Below, piece after piece: positions 39,301-45,342 of a stretch of DNA of 56,358 nucleotides. The notes under the pieces are model-generated. The model saw only the letters and a list, made by a program, of their open reading frames with translations. It made no database searches and was not told where the DNA came from. Made by a program: the position numbers and the translations under genes. The first letter of the stretch is position 1; every line of letters starts with the position of its first letter. The stretch is from Ignavibacteriota bacterium (GTDB lineage Bacteria; Bacteroidota; Ignavibacteria; Kapaibacteriales; UBA961): assembly GCA_016197185.1 (NCBI GenBank), contig JACPWH010000187.1:1-56358 (forward strand). The letters run 5' to 3'.

Positions 39301-40792
39301 CGAAACTTACAAATCCAAAAGGACCTGCAGCAGTTCTGATACTGTCATTTACACCCAATCCAATTTCAATTTTTCTATTTTCATCAAGTTCTCTACCTGA
39401 TATAACCAATGCTCCGCCGAATGCTTCATTTTTCCATGACTGAGACTGCAAAGCTGCAGGTCTGTCTGTGTCTGAAACCACTCTGTTACCATTAATTCTA
39501 ACAGTATCAACATCAGACAAAAGAACTCTGTTGTTATCAAAGGTTAATTGACGCACTCTTCCTAAATAAATAGCATGGCGTGCGTCATCCACTTTTTGAC
39601 GAGCTGCATCTGAGTTTGAAATTGCAGGCTCGGGAACATTAATATTATCCAATTCACTTAACTGTACAACTCTCTGTGCTATCGTACTTCCATCGCTTTC
39701 GGTCATGGAAGGATTTTTATCGACAAATGAATAATTTGTTATTCCCATACCTGCGGTATCAGGATACACACCTAAACCAGCAGGTGCTTGAAGCATTTGC
39801 AAAGCACCGCCTCTAAATCTTGCAAGGTTATTTACAAAATTACAGCCTATCAACCATGTTCTTTCTGAAAATGATGTAAGTGCTCCGCCTGCGCCGTTCG
39901 TAAGTTTCTGCATGTCATCGTTTAACACTTTATATGCAGATTTAAGTGAAGCCTCAACAATTGCCGTGTCATACATCGGTCTTGTTGATGCTACGGTTGT
40001 GTCCTTGCGAAAATCCTTAAAATCAACATCTCTGAAAAATGCTGCACGAGCACCAGGAAGCACAACTATATGCCCCCATTCACGAGAATAATCATTGATA
40101 GGTTGACCTCTAAATACTATTCTTCTTGTTGCAGCATTTACAGGGATATTCGGAGTAACTCCAAAAAGACGTCTCCATGGTTGGAAACGAATAATATCAT
40201 CTGTTGACCATAATCTTGAAGCAGTGTACATAATTGCTCTCATTGGAGAGATAACCACTTTGTTACTTCCTTGTCCAGGAAGCACAGAACCGCTTGTAAG
40301 ATTTTCGATACGTTTTGTTACCGTATCCAAAAGAACATTGAATATGTAATTATATTTTCCATAACCGCTCGGGTTAGTAAAATTACCCGGATATGCCAAT
40401 AATCCGTCAATTGTTTTTTCGTTGTAGTTTGTTTCCTGTACTACAGACGAAGTAAGAAAATAACGCGGGTCACTGTATTCCAGTAAACCAATCGAACTTG
40501 GAGTTGTGCCGTTATAGGCAGCACTCATTCTACTATCAGCTATAATCCGCCCACCAACCGAGTCAATCAATCTACCGTTATCAAAAAAGATAACCTCTGT
40601 ACCCGGCTCAATAATCAATGTACCGGCGACAGTGTATGTACCATTAATTTGGTACGTACTGTCTTGTAGAAATATTCGCACCTCATTTGGAGCAATACGT
40701 CCCGCTACCTGCACACGAGGCCCAGCGTAACCCACTGTCACTGCCAGGGCTAACGCAATCAATAGAGTGCTTAAACGAAACCAACGTTGCAT
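33320..40792 (-). CDS. Giant secreted T9SS cargo (2490 aa): Pmp-type FxxN/GGA[ILV] beta-helix repeat array, a ~1050-aa region without recognisable domains, a cadherin-like/He_PIG-type Ig domain, an ELPPxPP-type module and a type-A CTD
   Basis: The ATG at 40790-40792 has GGAGG 5 nt upstream. Signal peptide MQRWFRLSTLLIALALAVTVGYAG. Ig-like stretch PKWLKINPVSGLLSGTPGIKDAP (about 34690-34745). CEFELPPIPPRDVFDARW lies at 34007-34060. The CTD reads NPNPSSGQSNMIMSIPTASNVKVEVYDAMGNKV...GVYFVKMTSGAFSTAQRMMLVR. Confidence 0.9.
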   Translation of the reverse strand: MQRWFRLSTLLIALALAVTVGYAGPRVQVAGRIAPNEVRIFLQDSTYQINGTYTVAGTLIIEPGTEVIFFDNGRLIDSVGGRIIADSRMSAAYNGTTPSSIGLLEYSDPRYFLTSSVVQETNYNEKTIDGLLAYPGNFTNPSGYGKYNYIFNVLLDTVTKRIENLTSGSVLPGQGSNKVVISPMRAIMYTASRLWSTDDIIRFQPWRRLFGVTPNIPVNAATRRIVFRGQPINDYSREWGHIVVLPGARAAFFRDVDFKDFRKDTTVASTRPMYDTAIVEASLKSAYKVLNDDMQKLTNGAGGALTSFSERTWLIGCNFVNNLARFRGGALQMLQAPAGLGVYPDTAGMGITNYSFVDKNPSMTESDGSTIAQRVVQLSELDNINVPEPAISNSDAARQKVDDARHAIYLGRVRQLTFDNNRVLLSDVDTVRINGNRVVSDTDRPAALQSQSWKNEAFGGALVISGRELDENRKIEIGLGVNDSIRTAAGPFGFVSFGSKDFVTFINNHVTNRQFSPNSRGAKGGALYIGKYTSMIINGSFTNNYAETPYQANSNSDQYALGGAIFHENTLGRLQLRGHPSLGTEFVNNRAGSGGAVYVDGNTDPRPSPIIGGSDIPNPRLRDYGRRINFENNTAIAHGGAVFTKRNMTSYGAGGFINDLPLAQSYGTGFSIRFANNTSGLSGGAIAIHLPSIEPPVPIEQRYIRLVRTQFLNNTTGRFASSTGLEMLKQVRGGGAVYSMNGDLNVVKGVEFNNNSAFNSNGGAIAMIHPRTSSKRFFITDADQLTIQPNGTATAYISNDSLYDNRKIAAVAADVRSLTRFYNNIAEPNPDSRLLGSGATQMGANIIDIKRFHPGFIRDVLGNGLRENGIGMGGAIYILDSVTLNRRYRTDSVFLNRVRIQNNTAYTGSAVYSDNYDLKLVLTRCLVTSNRATSPVGRTQDVISGPFINPDNQASSDLAGATFYGDIIGPIPWTSFNIAANSIYDNDARFIIRLPDAPNSKSVLSGGAGIGFGGVDTLRGNYWGATQANVNTVIKTSQPGFVNGGIQETFFIQGNGNTHMRFLRTGRTDDTQQGPFEQNGFPGYTYTPIQIGKIPDTLLMAGRIYDFFDKGTDMKTADYSARRMSPIEDFSVGIPPKLQRYSNSTKASFNKYVRRLTKDPFATDSLNYATNRENVLWRQLRRLQTEFAPDYRTNEQSHPIGYPLFLEARARYQGEDINSNNDDPTTLNGSVFFVINDSTGDYIRINMNQFTDVQTLNNDGVYPKEILRGRVDFVPDSSERTGTSARVRRTYEGLYNFGGTETLLPRLADTAYNEDISALGGRKYDVFMSSALNKRGILYNNGQRVIYSNRPSMPASLASGSDTIVTYFAGERWNTLPVRPGDFVRVISRTVLWRDGVDTAIDKGLGFRITTSTPPPVFTGNKITTENPKVSAIYFSSYKNKIFVEEDESYSRVPDPNKKGRDSIFVISAIDSNLMYDPRWALDIDANGAIKPNDTTLKRYNQLEISWFPLYVGPYGDTVRDVFPNKLTALRRWITADTIWPTKNPKTITPRTPNPSYYGATGWVELKGKPSNPYVVPGGEWMEVVVKNYASSARIVDALKNIYLHSRADSSGNPTDSAFIVDTLSKFIYLYPSYFHAQKYDSDPIVSPPIGNARYLNQDTLNFGSSDSSVYRFMIFVMDSLPVFANTTRPSAACGLGTQQLLVANVTDKLRFYADFNTDDEKEDSVAANRENWDFKYGKTSYAFLSKSIRTTPGDTSIDEIYQVRPNWMVEQYMFREDVLLGDKATINIENTIDTQYAANVKILVNGFKDSTTVNIFQVDSIVTDVTVINNYSTSKVVKRDTVIDIRQRMTDNGPLIPIVLDTAVYLVDHVLSFSDKFGSDFTERGVANIRIPRAEALNLLKPLSPADQANGGLNTDTLITLVVNDGHGGLSYLTKRVFVNVSPTILNTSLDKAKEGLDYNTDLLNRPRKIEYFDPNFGQAQKFKLLYPTDADTMIAKDPCFREAGFWDVRGIKKTPKWLKINPVSGLLSGTPGIKDAPRSITLGNPDTVTVVITDAGGLNDVKTFILEVDSSNHDPKLLTAPIVRCIGDGDTYLDTLFAQDLDLLREKPWWDTSATFDPIIEEIRISIVSPTGTNLTIEPAAIRGTKVDTTQKVIIKSNGPFTFPANAVVDGKITIRVQITDGEVTKFLEYKLNISDPTDFLVPVTVSNNKDLGAFQVLYFGSAKNATTGEKADELGRLDSNYCEFELPPIPPRDVFDARWTIALRNGIIRNIFPTSVPKDANSSTYKARFQAGDITGSLSHAFPVTISWNRDDVPDKTNTTKNPSGATWWIRDNISNGNFFGYNMRTGQGAHASTIVDYDQSGSISTIRVNKDDIDGFIIIYDFISAVNEPETGMPTSFELGESNPNPSSGQSNMIMSIPTASNVKVEVYDAMGNKVKTLVDGFLSAGKTEIKWDAKNDAGVNMVSGVYFVKMTSGAFSTAQRMMLVR
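38048..39889 (-). repeat. Array of ~10 FxxN ... GGA[ILV] motif pairs (polymorphic-membrane-protein-type repeats, predicted right-handed beta-helix), coding
   Basis: Pairs in order: NFVNN/GGALQM, TFINN/GGALYI, SFTNN/GGAIFH, EFVNN/GGAVYV, NFENN/GGAVFT, RFANN/GGAIAI, QFLNN/GGAVYS, EFNNN/GGAIAM, RFYNN/GGAIYI, RIQNN/GSAVYS (aa ~302-915). Confidence 0.7.
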
Positions 40793-40884
40793 AATACCTC
40801 CGTTTGGATGAATAAAATTGTAATAATTTAACTTTATGTTTTTTGTTTAATTTTGTCTTTGTCAAAAAGGATTAACAGGGGCAG

Positions 40885-41604
40885 TCACTCAATTATCATG
40901 CCAAGTCGAGTGAGTCCGCTTTTTGCCTCAGCTACAAACTCAGCAGATTCACCTTGAATTATTTCTCTATATAACTTTTCTGATTTTTCTTTGTTGTTTG
41001 CCTTTTCGTAGTTCATTGCTGCATACAACTTATATTTCCCTATAACTGACGGCTGATTGCTCATTGATGCAGCCTTTTCATATTGCTCTGCTGCTCCGCT
41101 ATACTCATTTTTTGATTCTTTACAGACTGCTAATCCGGCGTTTGACGCTACAGTCACTTCTTTGGACTCACTTCCTAAACCCTTTGAAAAATATTCTTCT
41201 GCCTCAGCATATTTTTTCTTTGCCAATAAAGCATTTCCTGCATATACTGCTGCAACTTCGCCGTTTCGGGTACCTCCATATTCGTCAACAATTGTCTTCA
41301 ATCCTACAATAGGCGTTCCCCTCACTAACTTCTGCGGATCACCATTGAACGCTTTGTCATTGTCCCCACTTTCTATAAACACCATCACTCTCGATAATGC
41401 CACTGATGCTTCTTGTTCCTTGGTTTCTTTCGACTTATTATAAAATATTATAGCTGTAATTGCCACTACAACCACGCCTAAACCAATTAATATAAGTTTG
41501 ATATTTCTTTGTAATGACGATGTGGTATTGCTTCCGTCATAATTAAGTTCTTCCGCAACCCCAACTTCATTGTTGTTCTCAATCATTTCTTCTTGATTAG
41601 CCAT
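40885..41604 (-). CDS. YfgM-like membrane-anchored TPR-like protein
   Basis: 239 aa. It has a short acidic N-terminus, a single TM (IKLILIGLGVVVVAITAIIFY) and then a helical TPR-like domain (...AAVYAGNALLAKKKYAEAEEYFSKGL...GAAEQYEKAA...YKLYAAMNYEKANNKEKSEKLYREII). This matches the topology of YfgM/TPR_21-type proteins. Confidence 0.65.
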   Translation of the reverse strand: MANQEEMIENNNEVGVAEELNYDGSNTTSSLQRNIKLILIGLGVVVVAITAIIFYNKSKETKEQEASVALSRVMVFIESGDNDKAFNGDPQKLVRGTPIVGLKTIVDEYGGTRNGEVAAVYAGNALLAKKKYAEAEEYFSKGLGSESKEVTVASNAGLAVCKESKNEYSGAAEQYEKAASMSNQPSVIGKYKLYAAMNYEKANNKEKSEKLYREIIQGESAEFVAEAKSGLTRLGMIIE

Positions 41605-41732
41605 CTGGTTTGTTTATATTTATTTAATGATACAGCTTTAGTAATTATCTTTCACAATACTATAACTCAATTTATCTCTTGAAGTCAAAAATAATGTTAC
41701 ACTTGATAGAATTGTGCAAAAACAATAGGATG

Positions 41733-41806
41733 CGCGCCCGAAGGGAGTCGAACCCCCAACCTTTGGAACCGGAATCCAACGCTCTATCCGGTTGAGCTAC
41801 GGGCGC
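41733..41806 (-). tRNA. tRNA-Arg (anticodon CCG)
   Basis: The minus strand reads GCGCCCGTAGCTCAACCGGATAGAGCGTTGGATTCCGGTTCCAAAGGTTGGGGGTTCGACTCCCTTCGGGCGCG. It has a 7-bp acceptor stem (GCGCCCG/CGGGCGC), a D arm GCTC..GAGC, an anticodon stem TTGGA/TCCAA with loop TTCCGGT, and the T-loop TTCGACT. No CCA is encoded. ORF 41672..41866 overlapping it is spurious. Confidence 0.93.
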
Positions 41807-41938
41807 ATGTGCTCTACATATTCCGCAGAATCCCACAAATATAGTATTACTCTGTGAAAATACCAATGAAAAACTTTTACAAACATTTTGAATGCTTGTA
41901 TAATCTAATGAAAATCAGTTAATCTTGAAGTGCCACGT

Positions 41939-41982
41939 TTTCCACACTGTCAGATTATTTCCACACTGTCTATTTCCACACT
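41939..41982 (+). repeat. Three same-orientation copies of TTTCCACAC(TGTC), each containing a DnaA-box-like 9-mer
   Basis: TTTCCACACTGTC occurs at 41939-41951 and 41958-41970, and TTTCCACACTT at 41973-41983. With its preceding T, copy 1 reads TTTTCCACA, which fits the TTWTNCACA consensus. The repeats lie between the E1 gene stop (42000) and tRNA-Arg. Confidence 0.7.
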
Positions 41983-41999
41983 TCACCTAATTTTGATTG

Positions 42000-44177
42000 T
42001 TAATATTCAATCGTTTTCCTTATAGCACTTACTACATCGTTTTGGTTCAATAAGATTGCACTCTCTAAGGATTTAGCAAATCCGACAGGTGTATCTTTCG
42101 AGGCAACTCTGGCAACGGGAGCATCTAAATATCGAAAGAGTTCATTGCTGATCGAGGCTGCAATTTCCCCGCCTAATCCTCCCGTTAAATAATGCTCATG
42201 AGCTACTAAAGCCCTACTTGTTTTTTTAATGGATTCAAATACTGTTTTTCTATCCCAGGGTGCAAGTGAACGTAAGTCAATTACCTCGCATGATATTCCT
42301 TCTTTTGCCAATTCTTCTGCGGCTCTGAGTGAAATGTGAATAGCATTCCCATAGCTTATTACACTTATATCTGTACCTGCACGACGGATTTTTGCTTTAC
42401 CAAACGGTATGATGAAATCTTCCCCCGGTTCTGATGCTGAAGTTGGACGATAATTATAAAGGAACTTTGGTTCTAAATACATTGTAACACCACGTGAACG
42501 GATGGCATTTCGCATTAAACCGATTGCATCATCTGCAAAAGCCGGGCACACTACTCTAATCCCGGGTGTATGTGCAAAAATTGCATCCAAATTCTGTGAA
42601 TGGTACAATCCTCCTTGAATATACCCACCACTTGCAAGTCGAACTACAATATTTGGAGAAAACTGACCTTTTGTTCTCCAAAAATCATGTGAACATTCTA
42701 TAAACTGTTCCATTGCAGGCCAAAAGTAATCAGCAAATTCCGCTCCTTCGATTACTACTCGTATATCGTCTCTATACCGTGAAAAACCGTTTGCTGTTCC
42801 AACGATGAAATCCTCAGCTATCGGAGCATTAAATACCCGATCATTCCCGAATTCATCCAAAAGACCTTTAGGAACATTAAAAATCCCTTGCTTGTTTACG
42901 GATGCAACATCCTGCCCCCACAGAAATGTATTCGGGTTTCTTTTGAATTCTTGCTTCAATGCTAAGTTAATCCCTTCGCGGAATGTAAGTTGGGGCTCAT
43001 TCGCGTTATTCACATATTTCAATTCTGAAGTATCTTCATACCCTATTACAGGCTCTGGCAATAAGAATAATTTATATGATTCAGGTGATGGATCAGGTGA
43101 TGGCTCGGCAATGTCGGCAGCAGCAAAAATTTTCTTCTGATTTTCAGCTTCAAGTCCTTGAATTTGTTTTTCATTCAGTATTTTATTTTTCAGCAATACC
43201 TCTCTAAAACGCACCAAAGGGTCACGTTTTTTTATTTCTTCTATAACTTCTTTAGGACGATAGAGTTCCTGATTGTCAGAATTTGAATGTGAGCCAAGCC
43301 GATCACAATCGGCATGAACCATAGCAGGACCAGCACCCGAAAGAACATAATCACGAGCAGCTTCCATTGCTCGAAATGAGTCAAATGGGTCCCTTCCATC
43401 ACAATTGATAATTTTTAGATACTTGAATCCTACAAAATTATCAGATACCTGCACATTAGCTGTTTGCTCTTCTACAGGTACAGAAATACCGTATTTATTA
43501 TTCTGAATTACGAAAATTACAGGCAATTTTTCACGCGAAGCACCGTTGACAGCTTCATAAAAATACCCTTCGGAGCAAGCGGATTCACCACCGGAATAAA
43601 TTGCAAGTTCATCTCCCTTATATTTCTTAATTGCTCTTGCAGTTCCTGCTGCGTGCTGACAATGATTACCTGTGCATGAAGAACCGTTCTGAATCCTTAC
43701 CGAAGGTTTAGCAAAGTGATTACTCATGTGTCGTCCGCCACCTGCTACATCTGCATCTTTGCTAAGTCCGTTCAAAATAATTTCTTCTACCGTCAGCCCG
43801 GCTGACAGGCAGGTCATTAAATCTCGGTAATATGGGAACAGAAAGTCTTTTCCGGAACGAAAAATCTGCCCCATTGCAAGTTGAATACCGTCATGCCCTG
43901 CACATGGCGCATGGTACGACCATCCTTTAGCCATTTTCAAATACAGTGCTGCCTTTTCATCTAACCTGCGCCCTAAGTGCATCAATGTGTACCATCGTAT
44001 TATCGTATCCTTATTGAATCCTGTCGTATCGAATTTGCTGTATGGCTGCGCACCATCTACTTCCACTGATTCTTCTAGTACAGAAGATAATTCTTGAGAA
44101 GTAATTTTGGCGTTAGCTTTATTCGAGACTTGTTTTTTCTGCTTTGATGTTGCTGTTGCTTTTGTCTTTACAGGCAT
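42000..44177 (-). CDS. Fused E1 alpha/beta component of a TPP-dependent 2-oxoacid (branched-chain-type) dehydrogenase
   Basis: 725 aa. The N-terminal half is E1-alpha-like (GGESACSEGYFYEAVNGASREKLPVIFVIQNNKYGISV). The C-terminal half is E1-beta/transketolase-like (VFNAPIAEDFIVGTANG, YLEPKFLY, DLRSLAPWD). Confidence 0.88.
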   Translation of the reverse strand: MPVKTKATATSKQKKQVSNKANAKITSQELSSVLEESVEVDGAQPYSKFDTTGFNKDTIIRWYTLMHLGRRLDEKAALYLKMAKGWSYHAPCAGHDGIQLAMGQIFRSGKDFLFPYYRDLMTCLSAGLTVEEIILNGLSKDADVAGGGRHMSNHFAKPSVRIQNGSSCTGNHCQHAAGTARAIKKYKGDELAIYSGGESACSEGYFYEAVNGASREKLPVIFVIQNNKYGISVPVEEQTANVQVSDNFVGFKYLKIINCDGRDPFDSFRAMEAARDYVLSGAGPAMVHADCDRLGSHSNSDNQELYRPKEVIEEIKKRDPLVRFREVLLKNKILNEKQIQGLEAENQKKIFAAADIAEPSPDPSPESYKLFLLPEPVIGYEDTSELKYVNNANEPQLTFREGINLALKQEFKRNPNTFLWGQDVASVNKQGIFNVPKGLLDEFGNDRVFNAPIAEDFIVGTANGFSRYRDDIRVVIEGAEFADYFWPAMEQFIECSHDFWRTKGQFSPNIVVRLASGGYIQGGLYHSQNLDAIFAHTPGIRVVCPAFADDAIGLMRNAIRSRGVTMYLEPKFLYNYRPTSASEPGEDFIIPFGKAKIRRAGTDISVISYGNAIHISLRAAEELAKEGISCEVIDLRSLAPWDRKTVFESIKKTSRALVAHEHYLTGGLGGEIAASISNELFRYLDAPVARVASKDTPVGFAKSLESAILLNQNDVVSAIRKTIEY

Positions 44178-44223
44178 ATTCCCAACCCGATGATTATTTT
44201 TAATGTATTGTTTTTATTGATTA

Positions 44224-45177
44224 TTAGCTTTTCTTTTTTGTTTTTGTCGGTTTTGATTCCTCTATGAATGTAAGCCATCCATGAGGGTCATTGCCGTTTT
44301 CAACTACATCAAAGAAGTTTTGCTGAATTAGCCTTGTTATTTCCCCTACTTTTCCATCATTTACTTTAATATTATCAACTGATCGCACAGGTGTTACCTC
44401 TACAGCTGTTCCGCTAAAAAACATTTCGTCAGCAGTATAAAGCATTGAGCGTGGAATAGTGGTTTCAACTACGGGAATACCCATATCTTTAGCTATTTGT
44501 ACTACGCTTGCCCGTGTTATTCCCTGAAGAATAGAAGCACTCATCGGAGGTGTATAAATTTTTCCTTCTTGTACAAAAAAGATATTCTCACCGCTACCTT
44601 CGCTTACATTCCCTTGTGTGTCAAGTCCAATTCCTTCAGCATAGCCGTGATGAAGTGCCTCAATCCGAACTAACTGTGAATTCAAATAATTGCCCCCAGC
44701 TTTAGAAGCAGCAGGCATTGAATTGTTCGGTAAACGGTTCCATGAGGACACACATACATCAACACCTTGTTCTAATGCTTCTTTACCCAAATATTTACCC
44801 CATTGCCATGTACCGATGGCAGCTTCCATTGGACAAGTAAGCGGGTAAACCCCCAGCTCTCCATATCCCCTATATACAATAGGTCGTATATAGCACGCTT
44901 GCAATTTATTCTTTTTCACAAGATCTAATGTAGCTTTGCAAAGTTCTTCTTCAGAAAACGGCATTTCTCCATGATAAATCTTTACAGATAATTGAAGCCG
45001 GTGAATATGCTCCTTCAATCGGAAAACTGCTGTGCCTCTTTTCGTATCGTAAGCTCTCATCCCCTCTAACCAACTTGAACCATAATGAATTACATGTGAA
45101 AGAACATGAATTTTAGCATTGTCCCATTTGACAAATTTTCCGTTCATCCATATATACTCTGTTTTTGGTAGCGGCAT
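44224..45177 (-). CDS. ilvE: Branched-chain amino acid aminotransferase (fold type IV)
   Basis: 317 aa. Motifs IWMNGKFVKWDNAKIHVLSHVIHYGSSWLEGMRAY, KAGGNYLNSQL and EGSGENIFFV. It lies 46 nt upstream of the E1 gene on the same strand. Confidence 0.92.
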   Translation of the reverse strand: MPLPKTEYIWMNGKFVKWDNAKIHVLSHVIHYGSSWLEGMRAYDTKRGTAVFRLKEHIHRLQLSVKIYHGEMPFSEEELCKATLDLVKKNKLQACYIRPIVYRGYGELGVYPLTCPMEAAIGTWQWGKYLGKEALEQGVDVCVSSWNRLPNNSMPAASKAGGNYLNSQLVRIEALHHGYAEGIGLDTQGNVSEGSGENIFFVQEGKIYTPPMSASILQGITRASVVQIAKDMGIPVVETTIPRSMLYTADEMFFSGTAVEVTPVRSVDNIKVNDGKVGEITRLIQQNFFDVVENGNDPHGWLTFIEESKPTKTKKKS

Positions 45178-45342
45178 AGACTCCTCCGGCTAATAATATA
45201 ATACAAATAGGAATATGTAAGCCGCAATCCGCTTCCCACTTGCTGATGCAGCCTAAATTCTTATGCAATTTACCACACATTTTTTCAAACAATCCTAAAT
45301 TTACTACTAAACTTTGAACAAGGAAAGAAAAATTACACTTTA

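Noticed and set aside
22861-41806. Genomic island integrated at the 3' end of tRNA-Arg(CCG)
   Set aside because: The cargo cluster does lie on the 3' side of the tRNA. However, I see no integrase or recombinase and no direct repeat of the tRNA 3' end at the candidate far borders (~22840, ~25150, ~26000). There is also no visible compositional shift relative to the flanking housekeeping genes. A whole-genome comparison would be needed to revive this idea.
41672-41866. 64-aa minus-strand ORF
   Set aside because: It is completely accounted for by the tRNA-Arg gene and its flanks, and its translation is implausible.
41939-41983. Mini CRISPR-like array
   Set aside because: There are only three 10-13-nt repeats with 2-6-nt spacers and no cas genes. 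The repeats are far too short for CRISPR, so this is reported as a direct-repeat/DnaA-box-like site instead.
42000-45177. ilvE plus fused E1 alpha/beta as an unusual partial BCKDH operon (no E2/E3)
   Set aside because: Fused E1 alpha/beta genes lacking adjacent E2/E3 are, to my knowledge, common in Bacteroidota-like genomes. The pairing with ilvE is functionally expected, so this is ordinary metabolism.
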